Positions 63,999 through 64,000 of a stretch of DNA of 64,000 nucleotides are shown one piece after another. Location of the stretch: IMG/VR virus record IMGVR_UViG_3300020331_000002; one strand, given 5' to 3'. The notes under the pieces were generated by a model. The model made no database searches. It was given only the letters and a program-made list of their open reading frames with translations, and was not told where the DNA came from. Numbering within the stretch: the first letter of the stretch is position 1; every line of letters starts with the position of its first letter. Source of the DNA: a virus. Lineage: Duplodnaviria > Caudoviricetes. Position numbers and translations under genes: made by a program.

Positions 63999-64000
63999 GA

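Noticed and set aside
1-64000. tRNA, rRNA, CRISPR array, transposase or integrase
   Set aside because: No cloverleaf or T-loop context in intergenic gaps (the GTTCGA hits lie inside ORFs), no regularly spaced repeats, and no recognisable recombinase motifs.
1-64000. Alternative genetic code
   Set aside because: TAA, TAG and TGA all end intact, recognisable genes, and coding density is high under code 11.

Overview
This window is a 64-kb slice of a large lytic dsDNA phage, densely coding with standard genetic code. The host is probably a marine gamma-proteobacterium; that is an inference from the ArfA-like gene, sigma70 promoters and the KVP40-type NAD salvage pair. Recognisable modules: (1) NAD+ salvage, NadM-Nudix plus Nampt, with Nampt split by one extra base near 4761; (2) an early region of many small ORFs behind sigma70 promoters; (3) five tandem late genes sharing a 47-aa N-terminal module but with different C-terminal domains; (4) a glycosyltransferase/methyltransferase operon and UDP-glucose dehydrogenase; (5) a holin plus lytic transglycosylase; (6) a 6x Calx-beta protein; (7) a PD-(D/E)XK nuclease; (8) a replication and 7-deazaguanine cluster (DsbA-like, two oxidoreductases, family-B DNA polymerase, clamp-like protein, DpdA-like transglycosylase, QueE); (9) RNase H, glutaredoxin and a subtilase/PP-loop fusion. 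Two small genes missing from the ORF track are an ArfA-like rescue factor, whose stop codon lies inside a 17-bp hairpin, and a Bfd-like ferredoxin. The most striking non-coding pattern is that most sigma70 promoters are the left arm of an inverted repeat. The right arm is the downstream 5'UTR, usually including the RBS or start codon, and the stems contain G.U wobbles. No tRNA, rRNA, CRISPR array, transposase or reverse transcriptase was seen. All homology calls come from motif recognition by eye; no database search was run.
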